A stretch of 36,018 nucleotides of DNA from a bacterium UBP9_UBA1432 (lineage in GTDB: Bacteria > Vulcanimicrobiota > Xenobia > Xenobiales > Xenobiaceae). Below are positions 14,213 through 22,507 of the stretch, one piece after another (the stretch's first letter is position 1; each line of letters starts with the position of its first letter). The position numbers and the translations under genes were made by a program. The stretch spans positions 13,883 to 49,900 of the forward strand of contig DCTU01000070.1 in the NCBI GenBank assembly GCA_002329445.1, written 5' to 3'. The notes under the pieces were generated by a model. That model was not told the origin of the DNA. It searched no databases and saw nothing but the letters and a program-made list of their open reading frames with translations.

Positions 14213-16846
14213 GTGCACCTCTGGCCCTCCATGACAAGCTGGAAGCACCGCCGGCCGGCGTGCGTCCGCCCGAACCATCCTGCATGTCCCCTGGGGGGGA
14301 CGGCCCTTGTGGCTCTCCTGCTCCTGCTGGCCGTCGCGTTCCCCGCTTGGGCGGCGCCGGTCCTGCCCGACGTCCCGGAGGCCCACTGGGCTCGAGACGC
14401 GGTGGCCTCGCTGGTGGCGAGGGGGCTGATCGAGGGATACCCGGACGGCACATGGAAGGGTGACCGGGCCGCCAGCCGCTGGGAAATGGCGCTCCTGCTG
14501 GCCCGCCTCCTGGCCAGGGCCGAGCAGGACCACGCCACCTTCGCAACGCTTCGGGACCGCGAGGAGATCCGGAAACTGGCGACCGCCCTGGGCGAGGAGT
14601 TGGAGGCCCTGGGCGTGCGCACGACCGCGCTGGAACAGTCCGCGGCCCGACTGGACCGGAGGGTCGCCGAACTGGAGCGCATCACCTTCTACGGATCGGT
14701 GGATGCCCGCTTCGTGGCCCAGACCTTCACCAACACCGGAGTGTCGGACAACGACAACGGGCGGGCGGGGGGCGGCCGGGCTGCCGGAGTGCCCTACGTG
14801 GACTACAACAGCGCGGTGGGCAGTGCGGTCGGCCCGCGGATGCGACCCCAGACCCACGGCGTGCTGCCGGTGGTCGATTATCAGCGAGGTCGGGCCCTGA
14901 CCAACGGAGCCGGCTTCACCAGCCGCGCCATCCTGGGCCTCCAGGTCAAGGTCTCCGCCGACCTGGACGCCGGGGCCGAGTTCGCGGCCTATACGTCTCA
15001 GGGGGACGCCAATGTCGACGGCTACTGGGGCGTCAACCCTCCCTTCCTGGCCGGGCCCAGCGGTGCCAACGCGGGCACGGGGGGAGCCCAACCCCTGAAC
15101 AACCAGCCCTACACGCGCCTGGTCCTGGACCACTTCTGGGTGCGCCACAACCCTTCCAAGACTCGGATCCATCTGGGCGCCGTCGAGAAGACCCGCCTGG
15201 ACCCGCTGGTCTTCCTGGGGCAGAGCAACCTGTGCGTCTACGGTCCACCGCGCCTTCCCGGGTACGGTTTCGACGTGACGGGCGAATCCGCTCTGAGCGC
15301 GGGCAGCGTCCTGGAGTGGGAAGCGCTGGGGACCCGGACCGGTTCAGGGAACGCCTACCAGGGCATGAACTACCTGCACCAGAACCTGGGTGCCACCCTG
15401 GGCTGGAGGTTCTCGGAGGGCCGGGGTCTGGTTCGAGCCAACTTCGTCCGCAACTTCGATGAGGCCCCTCCGGGCGGCCCGCTGGTCGTGGGCCTGGTGA
15501 CGGGCGCCAACGTCCGCTATGGCGCCTCCTCCGGATGGAACCCGCTGCAATGGGTGAACCCTCCGGGCCATTTCGCGGCCCAGCGCAGCGCCATCGAGCA
15601 GGGCAATCCTGCCGTGGCGGGCGGCGTCTTCATCCCCAACACCATCGACACCCGGCCGATCCCAGGCTGGAATCCCGCGGCCGACAACGCCCTGGGCATC
15701 ACCACCGGTGGAGGCAACTTCGGTCCGCAGGATCAGACCCTGGTGGGCTTGTCGGTGCGCCATGAGTGGAAGCTCGAGGGCCAGGACTCGCTACGCGTCA
15801 AAGGGGAGTGGGCTCTGAGCGACTACAAGTCCAGTCGCAACTCCAGCCACAGTGCCCAGGGCCAGGCCGTCCGGCTGGAGGTGGGCGGGAAGACGCTGCA
15901 GGGGAACCTGGATCTGTCCGCTTTCTACCTGAACGTGGATCCCGATTACGGGCCCATGTCCTTCAGCAGCAACCTGCTGGGGTTCCGTTCGCCGTCCACC
16001 TACGCCTTTGCGGGGCGCTTCCATCTGCACGACTTCAAGAACTATCCGCACAACCGGCAAGGATGCGGGATCAAGGGCACGTGGAGCTTCGATCAGGGCC
16101 GTGGGCGGGTGGGTCTCAACGCTTCCTGGCTGGAGCAGGCGCGCACATCCCTGTACGACGTTCGAGCGCTGCCCGGCTCGGTCGGAGTCGGCACTCCGAA
16201 CTACCCCGTGCTGGGCTTCTCGCCGGGCTTCATCGACTACGTCTTCTCGGGTTATGCCCACCCTTTGCAGTATGGGATCAACTCCGGCTCGTCTTTTGAC
16301 GACGCGCTGCGGCCCTTGGAGGACGTTCGTGGTCAGGAGAGAGGCTATGGGCTGGTGGTGTCCCACCGCTGGGAAGATCCCAAGGTGGGAGCCGAACTCC
16401 GCTACAACCGCACGGATCTGGTTCGGCCCTCGACTCTGGCAGCCGACTTCGGCGGCAGCCAGAACCAGGTCGATCTGGGGATCGATGCCTGGCATCTGGA
16501 AGCCAACTGGGATCTGACCGATCACTGGACGTTGCTGGGAGGCCTCGACCGCATCGCCGTCAGGGGACACCACGACCCGGCAGGCCTCTACAACAGCTAC
16601 GCCGTGGCCCACAACAGCGTCGGCTTCGTCAACGTCGACTCGACGCAGACGGTGCCGTACCTTGGGGCCCAGTTCCGTCTGGCCAAGGACAGCCTGTGCG
16701 AGCTGGTCGTCAGTCACTACGACACCCGGGATGGCGTTCCGGCCTCGGTCACCGCGGGTCAGGGAGCCGACTCCCGCGGGGCCACGGCCCACGCCTTCAA
16801 CTGGGGCGGTTGGCAGATCCAGACCCACTTCCAGACGAAATTCTGA
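14213..16846 (+). CDS. SLH-domain outer-membrane porin (SLH + coiled coil + large beta-barrel, C-terminal Phe)
   Basis: From the 14117..16846 ORF. GTG 14213 lies 6 nt after GGGAG; ATG 14231 is an alternative start. Signal peptide ...ALVALLLLLAVAFPAWA. SLH motif LPDVPEAHWARDAVASLVARGLIEGYPDGTWKGDRAASRWEMALLLARLL. Coiled coil EEIRKLATALGEELEALGVRTTALEQSAARLDRRVAELE. Gly/aromatic-rich alternating barrel region ending HFQTKF. Confidence 0.85.
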   Translation: MHLWPSMTSWKHRRPACVRPNHPACPLGGTALVALLLLLAVAFPAWAAPVLPDVPEAHWARDAVASLVARGLIEGYPDGTWKGDRAASRWEMALLLARLLARAEQDHATFATLRDREEIRKLATALGEELEALGVRTTALEQSAARLDRRVAELERITFYGSVDARFVAQTFTNTGVSDNDNGRAGGGRAAGVPYVDYNSAVGSAVGPRMRPQTHGVLPVVDYQRGRALTNGAGFTSRAILGLQVKVSADLDAGAEFAAYTSQGDANVDGYWGVNPPFLAGPSGANAGTGGAQPLNNQPYTRLVLDHFWVRHNPSKTRIHLGAVEKTRLDPLVFLGQSNLCVYGPPRLPGYGFDVTGESALSAGSVLEWEALGTRTGSGNAYQGMNYLHQNLGATLGWRFSEGRGLVRANFVRNFDEAPPGGPLVVGLVTGANVRYGASSGWNPLQWVNPPGHFAAQRSAIEQGNPAVAGGVFIPNTIDTRPIPGWNPAADNALGITTGGGNFGPQDQTLVGLSVRHEWKLEGQDSLRVKGEWALSDYKSSRNSSHSAQGQAVRLEVGGKTLQGNLDLSAFYLNVDPDYGPMSFSSNLLGFRSPSTYAFAGRFHLHDFKNYPHNRQGCGIKGTWSFDQGRGRVGLNASWLEQARTSLYDVRALPGSVGVGTPNYPVLGFSPGFIDYVFSGYAHPLQYGINSGSSFDDALRPLEDVRGQERGYGLVVSHRWEDPKVGAELRYNRTDLVRPSTLAADFGGSQNQVDLGIDAWHLEANWDLTDHWTLLGGLDRIAVRGHHDPAGLYNSYAVAHNSVGFVNVDSTQTVPYLGAQFRLAKDSLCELVVSHYDTRDGVPASVTAGQGADSRGATAHAFNWGGWQIQTHFQTKF

Positions 16847-16930
16847 GATCTGGTCTGGGCCCGGGCCTCCGGAGGGGCACGTCGGATCCCGGAAGATTCC
16901 CGGCAGGAGGGGAAAAGACCCGACGGTTCC

Positions 16931-16956
16931 GGGCTGGGGGTGGATGAATCCAGCCC
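16931..16956 (+). terminator. Hairpin downstream of the porin gene (possible terminator)
   Basis: GGGCTGG-N12-CCAGCCC followed by the relatively AT-rich GAATTGTGCTATACAAG, 85 nt after the stop at 16846. Confidence 0.3.
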
Positions 16957-17114
16957 GAATTGTGCTATACAAGATCCAGGAACTTGCCCCGGTTCTCTGG
17001 CGGTCACGGGGGGCGCCCTCCGGGCACCCTCGCAGAAGCACCAGGACTGCGGGGCGCGCTTGGGAGGGGGGCGCCGGTTCCCAGATGGTGGGGTGAAAGA
17101 GGTCGAAAGTCGAC

Positions 17115-18509
17115 ATGCGTCTGCACCACTTGGATTGGGTGGCACGGGCCCAGCAGGCCACCCGGGAACTGGCGATGGAGGAACTGCTCGAGGCCGGGAT
17201 CGTGCCCCGAGGGGAGCCCTTCGTCCCCGTCATCACCTATCCGGCCATGGGTCTGATGCCCTCCGCCCACGCGGACGAGGTGTTGGGGGCTCATCCAGCG
17301 GTCCGCCAGCCCGTGGCCCTCTATCTGCACCTGCCCTTCTGCCTGACGCGGTGCCATTTCTGCCACTGGGTCACGCGCGTGGGCAGCACCGAGGACGAGG
17401 TCGCCGGCTACCTGGATGGCCTGGATCTGGAACTCCGTTTGTATCGCGAACGCCTGTCCCTGGACCGGATCCGGGTCGCTTCCATCCTGGTCGGCGGGGG
17501 GACCCCCAGTTGTCTGTCCGCTGCCAACCTGCAGAAGTTCCTGCACCTCCTCGACAAGCACGTCGATACCACGGAATGTCGGCAGTTCTCGTTTGAGGCC
17601 GAGCCCTCCACCCTGCTGGGCGACTCGGGCGCCGAGTTGCTGCGGATTCTGCGCGACCACGGGGTCCACCGCCTCAGCATGGGCGTCCAGGCCTTCGACG
17701 ACGGCCTGCTTCGCCAGACGGCCCGCCCCCACTCCTCGGCTCAGGCCCTGGAGGCCATCGCCCGGATCCGGGAGTTCGGCTTCCAGAGCGTGGCCATCGA
17801 CCTGATCTACGGGCTGGGAGGCCAGACCCTGCAGCAGTGGATCGACACCATGCAGACGGCGGTCCGCTCGGGAGCCGACTCCTGGCAACTGTATCGGTTG
17901 CGGATCGCGCCCCACGGGGATCGGCCCGGAACGGTGCTGGGGCACTACCGCCAGGATCCCTCGACCTTTCCCGGCTACGACGAGGGCAGCGTGATGAAGA
18001 TGCTGGGGATCCTGATCAGCGAGGAACATGGCTTCCACCAGGACTACACGCGCATCTTCTCCCGGGACCCGAGCCATGTCTCGGGCTACCTGCACGACGT
18101 CAACAACGATCTCGCCGACGTCATCCCCGCGGGCATCAGCTCGTGGGGGAGTCTGGACAGCACCTACTTCCTTCACGTCGGGGACGACTTCCGGAAGTAT
18201 CGTCAGATGTTGGCGGAAGGGCGCCTGCCCATCGATCGGGGCCTGGTCCTGGACGAGGCCACCGCGCAGCGACGCGCCCTGATCCTTCCGCTGAAGAACA
18301 CCCGCGTGGACAAGCAAGCCTACTTCGATCGGATGGGGAGGTGGCCGCAGGACCTCTTCGCGCCGACCTTGGAACGGCTGCGGGGGTTGGACCTGGTGGA
18401 GGAGGACCAGGACTTCTTGCGGCTCACGGCTCGAGGTCGGTTCTTCGCCGACGAGGTGGTGATGCAGTTCTTCGAGCCCAGGTTCGTTCCACCCCGGAAG
18501 CTGGCCTAG
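17115..18509 (+). CDS. HemN-family radical SAM protein (coproporphyrinogen-III-oxidase-like; true substrate unclear)
   Basis: ORF track, 464 aa. LYLHLPFCLTRCHFCHW (CX3CX2C), LVGGGTPS, HRLSMGVQAFDD, IDLIYGLGGQT, and a HemN_C-like tail. Confidence 0.85.
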   Translation: MRLHHLDWVARAQQATRELAMEELLEAGIVPRGEPFVPVITYPAMGLMPSAHADEVLGAHPAVRQPVALYLHLPFCLTRCHFCHWVTRVGSTEDEVAGYLDGLDLELRLYRERLSLDRIRVASILVGGGTPSCLSAANLQKFLHLLDKHVDTTECRQFSFEAEPSTLLGDSGAELLRILRDHGVHRLSMGVQAFDDGLLRQTARPHSSAQALEAIARIREFGFQSVAIDLIYGLGGQTLQQWIDTMQTAVRSGADSWQLYRLRIAPHGDRPGTVLGHYRQDPSTFPGYDEGSVMKMLGILISEEHGFHQDYTRIFSRDPSHVSGYLHDVNNDLADVIPAGISSWGSLDSTYFLHVGDDFRKYRQMLAEGRLPIDRGLVLDEATAQRRALILPLKNTRVDKQAYFDRMGRWPQDLFAPTLERLRGLDLVEEDQDFLRLTARGRFFADEVVMQFFEPRFVPPRKLA

Positions 18510-18515
18510 CAGTCC

Positions 18516-19418
18516 GTGGAACCCGGCAGCGGCTGGAACGGTGGTCTCTTCGCCCTGGGCTCGGCCTTCGCGTTCGCTTCGGCCAGCCTGCTCTTCCGCA
18601 GGCTGGGGCACTCGGTCTCGCCCTTGGGGCTCAACTTCGCCAAGACGGTCATCGCGGTGGCGGCCTGTGCCGGGCTCCTCTCCTGCCAAGGCATGGCCGA
18701 GGTTCCGCTCCGGGAGGGGCTCTTCCTGGCCTTGAGCGGGCTGGTGGGGATCACCCTGGGCGACACGGCCTACTTCACCGCCTTGAATGCCCTGGGACCG
18801 CGGCGGACGCTGCTCCTGGATACGCTGAGTCCCGGTCTCACGGCGGTCCTGGCGGCCTGGATCCTGCACGAACGGCTGGACGGCGTTGCCTGGTCGGGGA
18901 TCCTGCTGACCCTGGGCGGGGTTGCCTGGGTGCTGAGGGGCCGAAGCGCTCCGGGCCACGAGGTGCGTGGATCGATGGCCAGGGCCGTGGCCTGGGGCTT
19001 GTGTGCGGTGGGCAGCCACGCGGTGGGGGTGATCCTGGCCAAGGATGCGCTCTCGCAGGTTCCGGCCCTGGAGGCCTCCCTGGTCCGGCAGGTGGCCGCC
19101 CTCTCGGCGCTGTTCCTGTGGGGTTTCCTGGAACCTGGGCGCCTGCTGGGCTGGGTCCGTCCCTTCGGTCGTTGGCCCGAACTCAGAACCCTGGTGGGGG
19201 CCTCGCTGCTGGGCACCTTTTTCGGAATCTGGCTTTCCATGTTGGCATTGGAGTTCGCCCCCGCCAGCATCGCGGCCACCCTGAACTCGACCGGCCCCCT
19301 GTTCATCCTGCCCCTGACCAGGGTCTTCGACGGCGAGAGGATCACCTGGCGGGCCGGCCTGGGGGCAGCCGTGGCCACGGCGGGCGTTGCCATCCTCTTG
19401 CTGAGGGGTGCGGGCTGA
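18516..19418 (+). CDS. EamA/DMT-superfamily transporter
   Basis: ORF track, 300 aa (GTG start). About 10 hydrophobic helices in two EamA-like halves (GLFALGSAFAFASASLLF..., TLNSTGPLFILPLTRVFDGERITW). Confidence 0.8.
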   Translation: MEPGSGWNGGLFALGSAFAFASASLLFRRLGHSVSPLGLNFAKTVIAVAACAGLLSCQGMAEVPLREGLFLALSGLVGITLGDTAYFTALNALGPRRTLLLDTLSPGLTAVLAAWILHERLDGVAWSGILLTLGGVAWVLRGRSAPGHEVRGSMARAVAWGLCAVGSHAVGVILAKDALSQVPALEASLVRQVAALSALFLWGFLEPGRLLGWVRPFGRWPELRTLVGASLLGTFFGIWLSMLALEFAPASIAATLNSTGPLFILPLTRVFDGERITWRAGLGAAVATAGVAILLLRGAG

Positions 19419-19432
19419 GAGCACTCGGCGGG

Positions 19433-19457
19433 GTCGGGGGGGGATCCCCCCCCCGAC
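19433..19457. terminator. G8/C9 homopolymer palindrome between convergent genes (possible bidirectional terminator)
   Basis: GTCGGGGGGGG-AT-CCCCCCCCCGAC centred on a GGATCC, between the EamA stop (19418) and the ATPase stop (19507). No U-tract. Confidence 0.35.
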
Positions 19458-19468
19458 GTCAGGTCCTG

Positions 19469-19511
19469 GCTGAATCCGCGGCCGAATGCCACGGGAGGTG
19501 GCGGAATCAGC
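19469..19511 (+). repeat. Palindromic repeat, copy B (overlaps the ATPase stop codon)
   Basis: GCTGAATCCGC-GGCCGAATGCCACGGGAGGTG-GCGGAATCAGC. Compared with copy A, the outermost pair is swapped compensatorily (C-G to G-C). The TGA of the minus-strand ATPase (19507-19509) lies in the 3' arm. Confidence 0.7.
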
Positions 19512-22236
19512 TCCTGGCTCGCCAGTTGCGCCAGGCCTTCTCGACCGCCACCACCGGCAGGATGGTGGCGCCCACCAGCGTGGCCTTCCCCAGGTCGGCC
19601 GGTTGCAGCGGCACGGTGTCGAAGACCACGTTCATGGGGGGGAAGTAGATGAACAGGGCCTGCAGGACCACCAGGAGCGCGATCCCCAGGTAGAGCACGG
19701 GGTTGCTCCACATCCCGACCGTCAGGAGGGAGTGCTTCAGCGAGCGGCAGTTCAACAGGTAGAAGATCTGGAACATGACCACCGTGGTGACCGCCATCGT
19801 CTGCGCCTCGGAGACGGCTGCGGTGGCGGCAAGGCCAGAGGCCAGGGCGTCGGATCGCTCGTCGAGGAACATGAGGAGGGCGCCGGCCGTCATCAGGACC
19901 GCCACCATGACCGTCCGGTACAGCACGAAGGGGCCGAGGATCGGCTCTCCCGGCCGGCGAGGAGGGCGATTCATGAGGTCCTTCTCGGGAGCCTCGAAGG
20001 CCAGGGGAGTGGCCAGGAAGAAGGAGGCGATCAGGTTCACCCACAGCAACTGGGCTGGCAGCATGGGGAGCAGCAGCTCGCCCGTGCGGGGGTCAAAGGG
20101 AAAGAAGGCGACGCCCCAGGTCAGGATCAGGGCCAGTCCCAGGTTGGTCGGCAACACGAAGGCCAGGGACTTGATCAGGTTGTCGTAGACGCGGCGGCCC
20201 TCTTCGACGGCGGCCCGGATGCTGGCGAAGTTGTCGTCGGTCAGCACCAGGTCGGCCGCCTGCTTGCTGACCGAGGTTCCCGTGATCCCCATGGCCACGC
20301 CGATGTTGGCCTGCTTCAGGGCAGGGGCGTCGTTGACCCCGTCGCCCGTCATCGCCACCACCTCGCCCTGGGCCTGCAGGCTCTTCACCAGGCGCAGCTT
20401 GTGCTCGGGGGCCACCCGGGCGAAGACATGGCAGCGGCGCAGCGCGTCGTCCAGGGCCGGACCGTCCATGTGATTGAGCTCCCGGCCGGCAATGACCGGG
20501 ATTTCCGAGTGCAGGCCGAGTTGCTCACCGATGGACTGCGCCGTCGCCTGATGGTCTCCGGTGATCATCTTGACCGTGATGCCGGCCTGGTGGCAGTCCC
20601 GGATGGCCTCGATGGCCTCCGCGCGGGGCGGGTCGATCATCCCCTGAAGCCCCAGGAAGCTGAACCCCGTGGCGGTGTCCTCCAGGTCGACCTGGACCTG
20701 GTCTCTCGGCAGCTCCTTGCGGGCGAAGGCCAGGACCCGGATGCCCCGGGAGGCCATTCCCACCACCTGCTCGTGGACCTCCTCGGCCACGACTTCCGAG
20801 CAACGCGACAGGATGACCTCGGGCGCCCCCTTCAGCAACAGGACGCTGGCTTCTCCCATCCGGTGCAGCGTCGCCATGAACTGGTTTTCGCTTTCGAAGG
20901 GGATGGCATCCAGCCGGGGGGATTCCTGGCGCACCTCCGAGGCCTTCATGCCCGCCTTCTCGGCAGCCGTCAGGAGCGCGCCCTCGGTGGGGTCTCCCGT
21001 CACGGTCCAGCGCCCGGATTCCTCCTGCAGCGAGGCGTCGTTGCACAACACACCGGCTTCCAGCAGGCGGCGGCCGGCCTCCGGCAGGTCGGGGGTGAAG
21101 CCGCCCACCGGCTCATAGCCGACCCCGTCGACGACGATGGTTCCGGCCTGGGGGGTCCACAGGGCCTGGACCGTCATCTCGTTGCGGGTCAGGGTGCCGG
21201 TCTTGTCGGTGCAGATCACCGTGGTGCTGCCCAGGGTCTCGACGGCGGGCAGCTTGCGGATCACCGCCTGGCGCCGGGCCATCCGTTGCACTCCGATGGC
21301 CAAGGCGATGGTCACCACGGCCGGCAGGCTCTCGGGGATGGCGCCCACGGCCAGGGCGATGGCAAAGGTGACGGTGCCCCTCAGGGCCTCGAAGAAGGCC
21401 GCGCCATTGCCCAGCATCTCGCGGGCCGTGCCCACGGCCAGCATCAGCGCCGAGAGGGCGACGATCCCCACGGTCAGCTTGCCGCCGATCTCCTGGAGCG
21501 CCCGGGTCAGGGGGGTCACGAGATCGGTGGCTTCCGCCAGCATGGTGGAGATGCGCCCCAGTTCGGTCGTGGTGCCCGTGGCCACCACGATTCCGGTTCC
21601 GGTGCCGTAGGTGACCAGGGTTCCGGCAAAGGCCAGGCACTGGCGGTCCCCCAGAGAGGCCTCGGGGTCCACCGGACCGGGTGCCTTCTCGACCGGGACC
21701 GATTCGCCCGTCAGGGCCGCCTCTTCGACCTGGAGGGTCCGGCTCGCCAGCAGGCGCAGGTCGGCCGGGACCTTGTCTCCGCTGGCCAGGAGGACCACGT
21801 CCCCCGGCACCAGGTCGGCTACGGGCACCGAGAGGCGCTGCCCCGAGCGCTGGACGGCGGCGAAGTCGGGGACCATGCCGGAGAGGGCCTCGATGGCCCG
21901 GCTGGCCCGGAACTCCTGGAAGAATCCGATGGCGGCGTTGAGGATCACCACGGCCAGGATGACCAGGCCGTTCTTGGTCCCATCGCGGGGGTCCGCCAGC
22001 AGGGCCACCACCGAGGCCACCAGGAGCACCCAGATCAGCGGGTTGTTGATCTGCCTCCAGAGGAGGACCCACATCGAGTCGCCTTGAGGGCGGGGAAGCA
22101 GGTTCGGGCCGTGCTTTCCAAGGCGGGCCTTGGCCTGCTCGACCGTGAGCCCCTCCAGGGTGGAGTCCAGGGCGTGGAGGACGTCGTCGTCGGTTCGGGC
22201 GTGCCAGGGGAGGGGTGGGTTCGGTTCTGTCGGCAT
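19507..22236 (-). CDS. Cation-transporting P-type ATPase, type IIA (SERCA-like, probably Ca2+)
   Basis: ORF track, 909 aa. Motifs: [25 protein letters not shown]4 [14 protein letters not shown], and an N-terminal cation-ATPase-N segment ([17 protein letters not shown]). GAGGAG lies upstream of the ATG. Confidence 0.9.
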   Translation of the reverse strand: MPTEPNPPLPWHARTDDDVLHALDSTLEGLTVEQAKARLGKHGPNLLPRPQGDSMWVLLWRQINNPLIWVLLVASVVALLADPRDGTKNGLVILAVVILNAAIGFFQEFRASRAIEALSGMVPDFAAVQRSGQRLSVPVADLVPGDVVLLASGDKVPADLRLLASRTLQVEEAALTGESVPVEKAPGPVDPEASLGDRQCLAFAGTLVTYGTGTGIVVATGTTTELGRISTMLAEATDLVTPLTRALQEIGGKLTVGIVALSALMLAVGTAREMLGNGAAFFEALRGTVTFAIALAVGAIPESLPAVVTIALAIGVQRMARRQAVIRKLPAVETLGSTTVICTDKTGTLTRNEMTVQALWTPQAGTIVVDGVGYEPVGGFTPDLPEAGRRLLEAGVLCNDASLQEESGRWTVTGDPTEGALLTAAEKAGMKASEVRQESPRLDAIPFESENQFMATLHRMGEASVLLLKGAPEVILSRCSEVVAEEVHEQVVGMASRGIRVLAFARKELPRDQVQVDLEDTATGFSFLGLQGMIDPPRAEAIEAIRDCHQAGITVKMITGDHQATAQSIGEQLGLHSEIPVIAGRELNHMDGPALDDALRRCHVFARVAPEHKLRLVKSLQAQGEVVAMTGDGVNDAPALKQANIGVAMGITGTSVSKQAADLVLTDDNFASIRAAVEEGRRVYDNLIKSLAFVLPTNLGLALILTWGVAFFPFDPRTGELLLPMLPAQLLWVNLIASFFLATPLAFEAPEKDLMNRPPRRPGEPILGPFVLYRTVMVAVLMTAGALLMFLDERSDALASGLAATAAVSEAQTMAVTTVVMFQIFYLLNCRSLKHSLLTVGMWSNPVLYLGIALLVVLQALFIYFPPMNVVFDTVPLQPADLGKATLVGATILPVVAVEKAWRNWRARS

Positions 22237-22288
22237 GAGGGGCAGGTCTCCTCGTCAGGTCGGTTCCCAGGGGGCCTTGAGTTCTTAC

Positions 22289-22341
22289 CGGATCCGCCAC
22301 CGCCCGTGGCATCCGGTTCTCGGAGCAGGCGGCGGATTCGG
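22289..22341 (-). repeat. Palindromic repeat, copy C (inverted relative to A/B, with ~14-nt insertion)
   Basis: CCGGATCCGCCACCGCCCGTGGCATCCGG-ttctcggagcaggc-GGCGGATTCGG. The reverse complement aligns with copies A and B over ...ATGCCACGGGCGGTGGCGGATCCGG. The arms CCGGATCCGCC/GGCGGATTCGG pair with one G-T. It lies 53 nt upstream of the ATPase start. Confidence 0.6.
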
Positions 22342-22507
22342 GTTGCTCTGGTCGGCCGGGCCGGTTCTGCGCTGGAGGCCGAAAACGTTCTGGCCCTGGA
22401 AGGGTTCCCGGTGCGGGCCCGGGTCGACGCCATGCTCCCAGGCAAGCACTGCCTGGGAGCATGGCGTGATGGGTTCGGAAGGCCCCCCTTCCCGATGTGC
22501 CGTCGGC

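Noticed and set aside
19469-22341. Composite transposon or MITE-bounded mobile element carrying the ATPase.
   Set aside because: There is no transposase or integrase and no obvious target-site duplication. The inverted repeats are short hairpins of a type also found elsewhere (9403-9445). I report the observation but do not call a mobile element.
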